Part shown: piece by piece, positions 25,401 to 37,400 of the stretch
How the letters are laid out: each line of letters starts with the position of its first letter
Numbering within the stretch: position 1 is the first letter of the stretch
Origin: Mytilus californianus
Taxonomy: Eukaryota
Length of the DNA: 64,000 nucleotides
Direction of reading: 5' to 3'
Assembly (NCBI RefSeq): GCF_021869535.1
Contig: NW_026262712.1
Coordinates: forward strand, 70,680,001 to 70,744,000
Translations under genes and position numbers: made by a program
Notes under the pieces: model-generated
Told to the model about the DNA's origin: nothing
What the model saw: the letters and a program-made list of their open reading frames with translations, nothing else
Databases searched by the model: none

Positions 25401-28400
25401 GTGGGCCAATTTGAAAACGGGACCCAAAATTAAAAATCTTAATACACGGTTAGATTCATAATATTAAAGAGAAATCAAATCCCAACCTTCCTTTTTTGGT
25501 ATTGAACCTTGTGGTACAATTTCATAGAGATCCATAGACTTATACTCAAGTTATTGTCTTGAAACCAGAAAATCCTTTTTTTTTTTACTCTTTTTGGTCC
25601 CTAATTCTGAAAAGGTTTAGGCCATAACCCCCAAAATCAATCCCAACTTTCCTTTTCAGGTATGGTACCTTGTGGTACAATTTCATAAAGATCCATACAC
25701 TTATACACAAGTTATCATCCTGAAACAAGAAAAATACTTTTTTTTTGGTCCCTAATTCCTAAACAGTTAGGACAATAACCGCCAAAATCAATCCTATCCT
25801 TTCTTTTGTGATATGGAACCTTGTGGTACAATTTCATAGAGATCCATTCACTTATACTCAAGTTATTGTCTGGAAACCAAATGTCTTCGGACAACAACTA
25901 CAATGTTGACAACATCATACCATTATAAAAATCATATGTTGTGCCCTCAACAAACTGTGAACATGATGAATAGAAACTATGGTTGACATTTAATCAAAGT
26001 ATATCTATAAATAGCATAGCAAAGAAAGATCTACTGAGTAAGGTTATTTTTTTTTTACAATCTCTTTTAAACTGGAAGCAGTTTAAGGCTTGACATATGG
26101 CAGAAACATGTGTCTCTTATTGTAGGCTAGATGTTGTCATCAAGATGTCTTTTATGAGCTCTAAGGTAAATCTTTAGTAGTATCTGTCCAATTGTCTTCA
26201 CAACTATTATACTCTATGGGCTGGTTAGAGCTTGACATAGGAGAAATTCTTATTGTAGACTAGATGTTGACATCAAGCTGTCTTATGAGCTCTTACATTG
26301 TGTCTTAGGATAGGTAATTCTTCTTCACAACTATTGAACACTCAGGGCGGATTCGAGCTTGACATATGGAGACACATGTGTCTTTTATTGTAGCCTAAAT
26401 GTTGACATCAAGATGTCTGATTAGCTCTTAGGTAAATCTCTGGTAGTATCTGTTCAATTTTATTCACAACTATTATACACTTGACATATGGTAGGCACAT
26501 GTGTCTCTTATTGTAGACCAAATGTTGACATCGAGATGTCTTATTGGCTCTTAGGTAAATTGGATCAATTTTTATGCCCCATTTATGCACATTGTTTTTC
26601 GGTCTGTGCGTCCGTTCGTTCTTTCGTCCGTCTGTCCCGCTTCAGGTTAAATATTTTATTCTTTCAGGTTAAAGTTTTTGGTCAAGGTAGTTTTTGATAA
26701 AGTTGAAGTCCAATCAACTTGAAACTTAGTACACATGTTCCCTATGATATGATCTTTCTAATTTTAATGCCAAATTAGAGTTTTGACCCCAATTTCACGG
26801 TCAACTGAACATAGAAAATGATAGTGCGAGTGGGGCGTCCATGTACTATGGACACATTCTTGTATTCACAACTATTACATGTTTTATACACTTGACATAT
26901 GGTAGGCACATGTGTCTCTTATTGTAGACCAAATGTTGACATCAAGATCTTTTATTAGCTCATAGGTAAATCTTTGGTAGTTTCTGTTTGATTGTCATAA
27001 TAACTATATTGTGTGCTTGGGGCAGGATAGAGCTAGACATATGGTAGACACATTTGTCTATCGCTGTTGACATCAAGATGCCTGATTATTTTTGTGTTGT
27101 GTAGTGTTGTTTAATTGACATTTACTTCACATGTCCTTTTATAGATATTCAAATGAATGTTAGTTTTTCTCGAATTTTACATACCATAGTTGCTGCTGCT
27201 ACATTGACATTCACTAGTGACCACAATCTCTGTAAAATATCAAATTATATAAAAAAAATCTGCTAATACATGTACTCTCAAATTCATTAGTGGCCACAAT
27301 CTCTATAAAATATCAAATCATCAAAAAATGTCTGCTAAAACACTCTGACGCATTCACTAGTGACAATAAATTTTGTAAAATATAAATTACTATAAAATGT
27401 TTACTGCCACACAAACAATTCACCTTTGTCAAATATCAAATGACTGTATAATGATTGCTGTCAAACTCACTTTCTCTATTAACATCAACCTGTCAAATAT
27501 TAAATAATTGAAAAGATCGCTAGGGGCCCTATTTGGCTTAAATTTGGAGTATTTCAAAATACGGTGATTTTTGCTTAAATATAATTGGTACGCGAGTGCA
27601 AAGTTCAAAGCGTAAGGACTTTCAAATATTACAAATATTCACCAAAATTTTACAGTTTAAGATAGCATAAAATAAATATGTTTTTTCAAAAAAATGACAA
27701 AATTGCCTTCTGACACATATTTGTGAGTTTATAGAAATATTGTACACATGCAAATAAAAAATAAATATTTACATGAAAGATGTTTTTCTTTATTGACAAA
27801 CATTATGGTTAATTATTTAGTTACACACTACAGCTTTTGGCTATATTTTCAGTGCCACTATTTCCCCAAGGAAGTACCAGTTTCATATTCTAATCTTTAA
27901 AATTTCCCGATCTTAATTACTTTTTACAACACAATCAACAGTTTTGCAGGTTAAAAGGTACAGCAAAGTAGGTTAATGTGATGCAGTGGCTATGTATCTA
28001 TTTTATTCTAAATGAAATATTTTGCATGGATTATTAATTTTCTTGAAATGTGAGGAGGAAATTTAAATCAACTGTCAGCTGGAAATTTACTGAAAGAAAT
28101 TTGGTTGCCTGGACATTATCCATTTACTGTTACTTGACCTTAAATTTAATTTCATTTCATTTCACTTACTGCGGATTCATTTATTTAGGTCGGTACCAAT
28201 TTTCATTGATTGAGAATATAATGTAGTATCTTGGATATTTGATTTTGTGGTTTTGCAAAAGTTGTATACAAGCCTATAGAATATCTATACTTTGATGAAC
28301 TTTTAAATTCTTTGTTTCCCAATACCCATAAAATCAACAAAAAATGGTACCCGAAAAAAATCATGTTTGAAAATGATAATGAATCCACAGTATTTGCCAT

Positions 28401-31400
28401 TTTTTTAAATGAACTAAACATAGTCTTCATTTTTTAATAATATTAACAAACTGATATAAACAGAAACTGCTTTGGTTTAGGAAACCCCGACAATCACACA
28501 GATAAAAAAATTGAAATCATGTCTTATCATTGATAATTTTTAATTTTTTTCTAGGTATTGTGTACGATTTTATTCCATGTACATTTACTCCATATCCTTT
28601 CATTTTCTACTTATCATGCTTATTGATGAGACAGTGCAATTTTGACTAAATACTCTGTGAATCTGCTTTCAAGCTGAGGACAAAAAAGTGTGATATGAAA
28701 AACAAGATGATGAGGACGACCTCGGACCATTTAAGACAACAGAAGTGATCCCTGTGCGTTGCCCTAGTTGGACATTGTCAGGTGACACAATAATAAGAAA
28801 TGGAAAAATTTTCAGATTACCTTCTAATTCTACATACCTCTACAGGAACATCTAAGAAAAGCTGAGGAAATTCATACATTACACCAACATTGTTTACTGT
28901 AATATAAAAAAAATATCAGATAATTTTCTTTATTATGAACATGAGAAGGAAGCTTTGTAATTCAATAGACTATGTGGCTGGGGAGTGGGGAACTGTTTAA
29001 TAAGATTCTCTATTGCTTTATTATTCAACATAATGCCTTTTTGGCATAATGGCAATTGGAGATTATAGACAAAATTATTTAAAAAAATAAGCTGTTTATT
29101 GATGCATGAGTCTGTGAGGAATGGATTTGAGGTTGATATAACTTGCATATTTGTCGAAAACTTAGTATTAAGATACCCAAGTAAGAGTAAGGAAATTAGT
29201 ACATTAAACACCTACTTTAGTCACTATAAAAGATTATATTTATAGTCCAGTTGCAAAGCCCCCCAATATTTCATTAATATTGAGGAAGAGAAGGAATTTG
29301 CAATGAAAAATCAAAGTATCATTGGTGCTGTGAGGCAGCCAACCTGACTTGAGCATCCATATATGAATTATTACAGTAAGTCTTTTCTTAACGAATGTTT
29401 CATTCAAAGCAGTTAATTATTAGTGAAGAAAAGAAAGAATATTGCTTATTAATTTTTTACGCATACCGGTAATCACTTCACAGTGCATGTGAGACCTCCA
29501 ACATGGAGCAAACAATCCATAGGCGGATCCAGGGGGGGCCCTGGGGGGCCCGGGCTCCCCCTTTCATGGGAAAAATTTGGTTGATTATATAGGGAATCAC
29601 TGAAGCATGACTGGAGCGTGCCCCCCTTAGGTCAGTCAGCGGGCCCCCCTTATGAAAAGTTCTGGATCCGCCACTGCAATCAGACCTCAATGCAAGTTCA
29701 AGACGGTCCCTTAAGCACCAGATTGAGTGGGACATGTGATAAAAACTTGCATTACAATTTGTTTCCTCCTTCAACACATGCCTTCTCATGAACAATAATA
29801 TTCTTTGTTTGAACATATAAGTCAAAAACTGTGTTAAATATTGTATCTGTTATTATTATACACAAACAAAGTTTCATACCTAGTATACCAATTTCTTTGT
29901 CTTTAATTTGATTCCAAATCTTCTCATAAATTTCTTTTCCATGAGCAAAATCAACAGCTATTGTACAGGTTTCCACTTTATATTGTTCTTCTAATTAAAT
30001 AGAACCATAACATCGTATAACAAATGTGTAATGAGAACTTGTCTAAAAACTTTAATGTATACAAAAATATCAAATATTGTTATCTTCCTAAACTAAATTC
30101 AAGTGACTAAAAAGGGTGCTAATTGTAAGAATATGGATTACTGCATAAAATTGAGAATAGAAATGGGGAATGTGTCAAAGAGACAACAACTGACCAAAGA
30201 GCAGAAAACTTATGCATGGTAAGTTTGAATTTCACTTCATCAATATATGTTTGTTACTGTAAATTCTGAAATTTTTGCGAAGTTTTATTTATTGTATAAA
30301 AATATGAAAACTTGAATTTCAAAAATTTTATTAGCAATATAAATCTGAAATCACAATAATTAATCTCACATTTGTAATTCTGATCTTTTATAAAGTAAAT
30401 ATATTTGATGACCATGATGACACTCAAAGGAACTCAGAGGCTGAGTTACTCCTTCCTCAAGTTAGGTTTGAATTGGTTCAGCCATTTTTAGAAGTCCAGT
30501 TTTCAAAATTCGACAAACCAGTAACTAGAATAGGCCATGATAATATAATGGTTGATGAATCAGCAGCAAAGAAACAATATTCCAAAAACTCCTTGTGACA
30601 TTTCATTCATTTTATTCTGCTTAAGGGCTATCAAGAAAATGATTAAAATGTGAATTGAGAAAGGACTTAATTCAGATTCCAAGAAATAGTGACAGCAATA
30701 CCTTATATGACTTTTGGCCCAATGAACTTAATATCGATTGGAATTATAGCCATGGGTTCTATTTTTTTTTATTAACTAATACAAACTAGTCTCTAGGATG
30801 AAACCAATGCCTATCTAATTTAAATTAGAACTTTATAGGAATCTCCTTTTCAGATATGTTGCAAAATTCAGTTTTAGTTAGATTGAAGTCAATGGCTACT
30901 TTTAGTTCATCTCAGCTTTCACATCTCTATTCTAATGACATAACTGGTGTCCTAAGGCCAATCTTCCTTTTTCAAAAGTGGCATTTTTTCTTAATCTTAT
31001 ACTGTTCATACAAACTTAAGATCTGCTTATACTTTATGAAACCAATGAAAAGTGGCAATGTTCCAAAACCACTTGAACAGGCTAGCATTAGAAATACTTG
31101 GGTAGATCTATTTAGCATATATACCTATATCTTTAGCTGCTCTGTATAACTTATTCTCTCCTCTACTTATCATAACAACATGTAATCCTCTACTGGCTAG
31201 TTCTTTGGCATAGGCTAATCCAATACCTTCACTACTACCTGTTACAACTGTAAAAATATATCATGTCACATGCTGATATCAATTGAATTAATAAAAACCA
31301 AAAGAGAAAAAAAATACAGCATTATTATATTCTTTTTGCTTATACAAACACGAATGTTTTTGGCAAGAAAAATACATGTAATTTGTAACCAGTTTTTTGT

Positions 31401-34400
31401 TAGAAAGTGTTTCAAGTCAGTGGCAAAAATTGGTGACAGTAAACATATTTTTTTTAATCTGGCTTTTGTCAAATACATGTAGGCAAGCATCCATGGCCGG
31501 ATATGTATAGATTATAGGGTATTCTACACCTTGATTTTGAAAAATGTCAGCTGTGAGCCACAATGTGAACCTTTTGGGGAGTGAGAATAGTGAACGAGCG
31601 AAAAATCTTCACACTATGTTGAGCGGCTGATATTTTACGATATCAATACCCAAAAGCCCTGATAATCTGTTTATCATGCTATTTCTAGTTTTTTCCCCCT
31701 CCCTTAGACAGTTTTACGCTTGTCCAGTTGATAATGTCTCAGACTCACCTTACATATTGTGACGTCACTGATAACTTCTGCTGAAGCATTGTGACATCAC
31801 TGATAAGTTTTGATCACATCTAAAGGCTGTGATACGAGAATAATGGAGCCATTAAGCGACGGATATAAGCAAAGGGAAGTACAAGAAAGTTTCCTATGAC
31901 AATCATGATTTCACCAACAAGCAATTTATACATTCTTTAGTTAAAATTTTCAAATCAGATTGATTTTTTGCTTTTTGGTTGCTAAAAATTGGATAAAAGG
32001 CCTCTGTATCACTTTGAAAGTTATCATGCTTTACATAGACAGAAGCCCATTTTGTCTGGTATTGAACATGTTGAACCAGTCTGCAATTGATATGAGGATG
32101 AACAGTAACATGAGTGAGAAAATTAATAAAACGAAAAATTAATATACTAATGAACTCAAAATTGTTAACTTTTTTGTCCTTTTTTCTTTTCTTTTCGCAA
32201 TTTGGTAAATCAAATTATTTATTGGTCAGCCATCTCTAATGAAACCAATAATGTAGAGTATCTCTCAAAGTTACTGATGGTTTTAAATGACATATCCAAC
32301 TAAGTAAGACATCACATGACTTTGGTGACATAGGAGAGCCGCCATTTTGTGTTATATTGCCCCATATAAAATGCATAGGTGCTTCAATAAAGTTCAATCT
32401 TCTCATTAATCTGACCCGTTTTCTAACTTTTGCAACTTAATCCTTGGTATTCCAACATAATTCTACCAAACAATGTTGGTTCTGACAGTTTAATTATTGA
32501 TTAAATTACGTCCCTGGACATTCGTAAATATCTCACTTTTTCTCATCATTTCCCAATTGACTCAATGCTAAATCTAGTGACCCCACGTCTACTTGTACTT
32601 TAAATTCACAAATTCCGTAAATAAAAGTAAAACTTTGCAACTCGATTGAGTATATCAAAACATATATCTGGCGAAGTATTCTACTTAAAATAGTTTAATT
32701 CGAGGGCAAATTATGTCCCACATCGATTTAAAAAAGTGATTTTTTCTGGATTTTTCAAAATGGCGGATGTGTTTGGGAGTGTTGCATGTATTTTTAATCA
32801 TCGTGTATTTTTCATGCAGAATCTGTGCTGTTTCTGTTATTTTTGTTGTTGTTGATATATTGATACGTTTGATTTCAAAATTTATTGATAAAAAAAAATT
32901 ATTTCAAGTGTGAAGTGAAACATAGCAGGGCAAAGTCAAAATAAATGGTCCAAATTTTAAATTTTTGACCAAATTTCAACATTGTTTCAGTGCACTTTCT
33001 TTTGTTGTATCTTGATACATATACATTTAAGTTAATAAATCCAAAAGGATATAAAAAAGTATAAAGAAAATAAAAAAGGTCTGAAACTTTATTGACATAA
33101 ACCAATAAATAAAATTTAAATCAAGTATACATTTTTGGAATATGATTTCAGACAAACAATATCAAATATTTATATTTTTTTCACCCCAATTGATTGCAGA
33201 GATCCAAACATTACTTTTGATGCAATGATTAATAATCTCCTCTTTGATTATCACTTTTTTTTTTATGTTTTTGGCTTTTTTTTTGTATCAATTCACTTAA
33301 AATTGATTGAAAAAGTTTTGATTAAAACATAAATCATTAATTAGTTGATAAAAAAACTTCTCCATATTAAAATGAACCCTTTTTTAAATTCACAGAGGAA
33401 AAAAACTGATTGATAAATCTTTTAATAAAGAAGATATATCAAAAAGAAAATACATCCACTTGTTGCACTCCTGACATATTATACACCAAACAAAAAATAC
33501 AGAAACTAGAACAAAATACTCATGATTTTTAAAAATTTGTAATCATTGCTGATTTATAAAGACCTAAATCTGTTATTTGAATGTTATTTCTATTTTAACT
33601 TATGCATCTTATGCACTTCAGTTCATATTTAAATTGATTTCTCTGACACATTATTATTAAAATCAGGTTAAGTTACCAAACAATGAACTAAATTCTATTA
33701 AATATTCAGCAGAATTGTTGTTTGACAAATTATAAAGAGATCTGCAATCTTCAAAGTTTTTCTGAACCATAATTTCTTTTTAAATTATTACCTATATAAG
33801 GTACTTTATTTCTCCTATTCTGTTGCACTCCTGACACTCAATATATATCATATCAAAACAGTTATACATCATCAAAATAGCCCATGATTTCTAGATGAAG
33901 TGTATATACCTTTCAGATTTAACGTTTTAATTTCATTTAAATAATATTTTTGAACTTTTTCATATCTATTACTTATTGTATACAGAAGTTCAAGTCTCAT
34001 CACATTACGCTACTATTTTTTTTTAAATGGCAGTCTTTGCTGTTTTAGAATGAGCTGAATTTTGTGGCTTGTTGTGTAGAATATTACTGCAAAATATCTT
34101 TGGAAAATCTCAAGTATTAAAAAAATGACGTTAAAAAAAGATGCCAAAATTGTCAGGAGTGCAACACTTTTTTGTGACATTTTGAAAAAAATACTTTTTA
34201 AAGACACAGCAAATTGTTGTCTGAAGATATGTGCCTTAAATTCTAATTTGCTTTACAACTATTATGTCTTAGTGATAATTTAAGCTCAGAATGAAGCTTT
34301 TCCATTAAACCATTTTGATACAAAAGTAGTGCCCTGTCAGGAGTGCAACACAAAAATTAGTACAACTGAGGAATAAATGATTTTGGAATATATGAATCAC

Positions 34401-37400
34401 ACTTAAACATAAACAAAAGTCAATCCTGTAAAAAAGATATGTCCTTTCCAGAATAAATACTTTATTAACCTGATTATTGATATAAATAATGTGTGATAGT
34501 CAAGTAAAAAAGGCTTCCCTATAAATGGTCAGGAGTGCAACTTTGAAGTTTAAAGACTCACACTTAATAAATACAAAAGCCAACATATTGTTCTGTTTTA
34601 TTTTTCAAAAGATACTATACTAGATAAAAGATTGCACCCAAAGAGTAGCCTGATAGACAAGGAATTTATCTTTCTGCACCATTTCTTTGATGTTTGGAGT
34701 GCAACAGTTTTAAAATGTTATTTTCTTGGACTTATATTTTAAGATAATATCAGCTCCTTATGACTTATTTGCCTTCAAATATGTTTTCTTGCTACTTAGG
34801 CTACATGTATGAGTTATAATAAATTCCTAAAGGTGAATTTCAAAGCAGGACTTTTCCAAAAATTATTGTTTGTCACAAGCAATTATATCTGAATGATGAA
34901 TTTTTATATAATTTTTGAATTTAGGAAACTAATTGTCATAAACTGTGTCTTTTGATAAGAAAATAACCATATTTCAATTTAAAAGTTTTATAATGGTTTC
35001 ATGTAATACTAATCAAATTATTATATCTGTAATAACAAACAATTAATTGTGTTGAACTCCTGACATGAATTTTCCATAACAAGCAGTTTTGCACATTTTG
35101 AGTTCAATTTTTATGATCCAACCTTTGAATGAATGAAAGATGGGAAAGATGGTTGTGAAACTGAACTTTAGAAGAAAATCAGACAGGCTAAGTGCATACA
35201 AACACACCATCAAAGTCAACAACAACTTCAATTTTGATGAGCAGAAAATTGAGAAAACTCTGAAAGAAGATCCACCTAAAGAAAACACTAGACAAGTATA
35301 AGCAAAGAAAACAAAACAATGTAAAATTAAATTACAAAGACTTAGACCTGAAGGCAAAAACACAGATGGAGAAAATGAAAAAAAACAAAACAGAGATTGG
35401 CAACAGAAGAGAAGAAGAAAATTGACACAAACCAAAAAAGTTGCAAACCAACAGAAAAATGTCCAGTCGAGAAGCAAAAGTACCGGTGCAGATACACTTT
35501 CTAGAAAAATCAGAAAGAGAAGACAAAGTATAAGGAAATTCTTCCTTCTTCAACCCAAACCTTGGCCTAAAACAATTGAATACCTTATATTCACAGCTAC
35601 ACCAAGGCAGTTGTAAGAGCTAATCAGTACTGATGGAAGTGTGCAAGAAATTGATGGGTGTCAAAGTGGAAACAAAGTTGAGAGACCCCTTAAGATCTGG
35701 AAACTGTTGAAAAGAAACTGGCATTTTCAAAAAGATAAGAAGGCTACCTGAAAAGTTTAGAACTAAGGGACTCTTTGAAAATGCCATTTTCTTTTCAACA
35801 GTTTTCAGATCTTTGAGGGGTTCCTCAACTTTGTTTATACTCAACATGTTCAAGACTCATCAATTTCGTGCACACAGCTGCCATCAGTTCTCATTAACTC
35901 GGACAACCACCTTGGTGTAGCTGTGCATGGATATGATGTGCTCAATTATTTTAGCCCAAGGTTTGGGATGGTCAGGAAGATAATGTCTTATTCTTTGACT
36001 TCTCTTTCTGATTTTTCTAGGTATTGTAACTGCATCTGTACTTCTGCTACTAGACTGGACAATTTTCTGCTGGTTTGCACCTTTTTTAGCTTGTGTCAAT
36101 TTTCTTCTTCTTTTCTGTTGCCACTTTCTCTGTTTTGTTTTCATTTTCTCATATGTGTTTTTAATTCTGGTCTATGTTTTTTGAATTTAGTTTTACATTG
36201 TTTTGTTTTCTTTGTACTTTCTTTGTTTATATTTGTCTAGTTTGTCCTTCAGATTTGGATCTTCTTTCAGTGTTTTTCTCAATTTTCTACTCCTCAAAGT
36301 TGAAGTTGTTGTTGACTTTGATGGTGTGTTTGTATGCACTTAGCCTGTCTGATTTTCTTCTAAAGTTCAGTTTCACAACCATCTTTCCCATCTTTCATTC
36401 ATTCAAAGGTTGGATCATAAAAATTGAACTCAAAATGTGCAAAACTGCATGTTATGGTAAATTCATGTCAGGAGTGCAACAAAATTAATTGTTTGTTATA
36501 ACAATTATAATAATTTAATTAGTATTACATGAAACCATTATAAAACTTTTAAACTGAAATATGGTTATTTCCTAATCAAAAGACAAAGTTTAAGACAATA
36601 AGCTTCCATAATTTGAAAATAATATGAAAATTCATCATTCAGATATTTTTGCTTGTGACAAAAAATAATTCTTGGATCAAAGTCCTGCTTTGAAATTCAC
36701 CTTTAGAAATTTATTATAACTCATACATGTAGCCTAAATAGTTAGAAAACATGTTTAGATGCAAATAAGTCATAAGGAGCTGATATTATCTTAAAATATA
36801 AGTCCAATAAAATAAAATTTTAAAACTGTTGCACTCCTGACATCAAAGAAATGGCTCAAAAAGATAAATTCCTTGTTTATCAGGCTACTCTTTGGATGCA
36901 ATCTTGTATCTAGTATAGTATCTTTTGAAAAATAAAACAGAACAATATGTTGGCTTTTGTATTTATTAGATGTGAGTCTTTAAACTTCAAAGTTGCACTC
37001 CTGACACTCATAGGGAGGCCTTATTTACTTGACTCTCACACATTATTTATACCAATAATCAGGTAAATGAAGTATTCATTCTGGAAAGGACAAATTTGTT
37101 TTACAGGATTGACTTTTGTTTATGTTCAGGTGTGATTCATTTATTAAAAAAACATTCTATTCCTCAGTAGTACTAATTTATGACAGGGCACTACTTTTTT
37201 TCAAAACACATCTGTATCAAAATGGTTTAATGGAAAAGCTTCATTCTAAGCTAAATTCATCACTAAGACATAATAGTTGTAAAACAAATTAGAATTTAAG
37301 GCACATACCTCCATACAACAATTTGCTGTGTCTTTAAAAAAAAGTATTTTTTCAAAATGTCACAAAAAAGTGTTGCACTCCTGACAATTTTGGCATCTTT

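Noticed and set aside
35043-36488. Cluster of ORFs (144, 104, 105, 86 aa etc.) as host genes
   Set aside because: They are mirror-image readings of the two palindrome arms, low-complexity and full of frameshifts.
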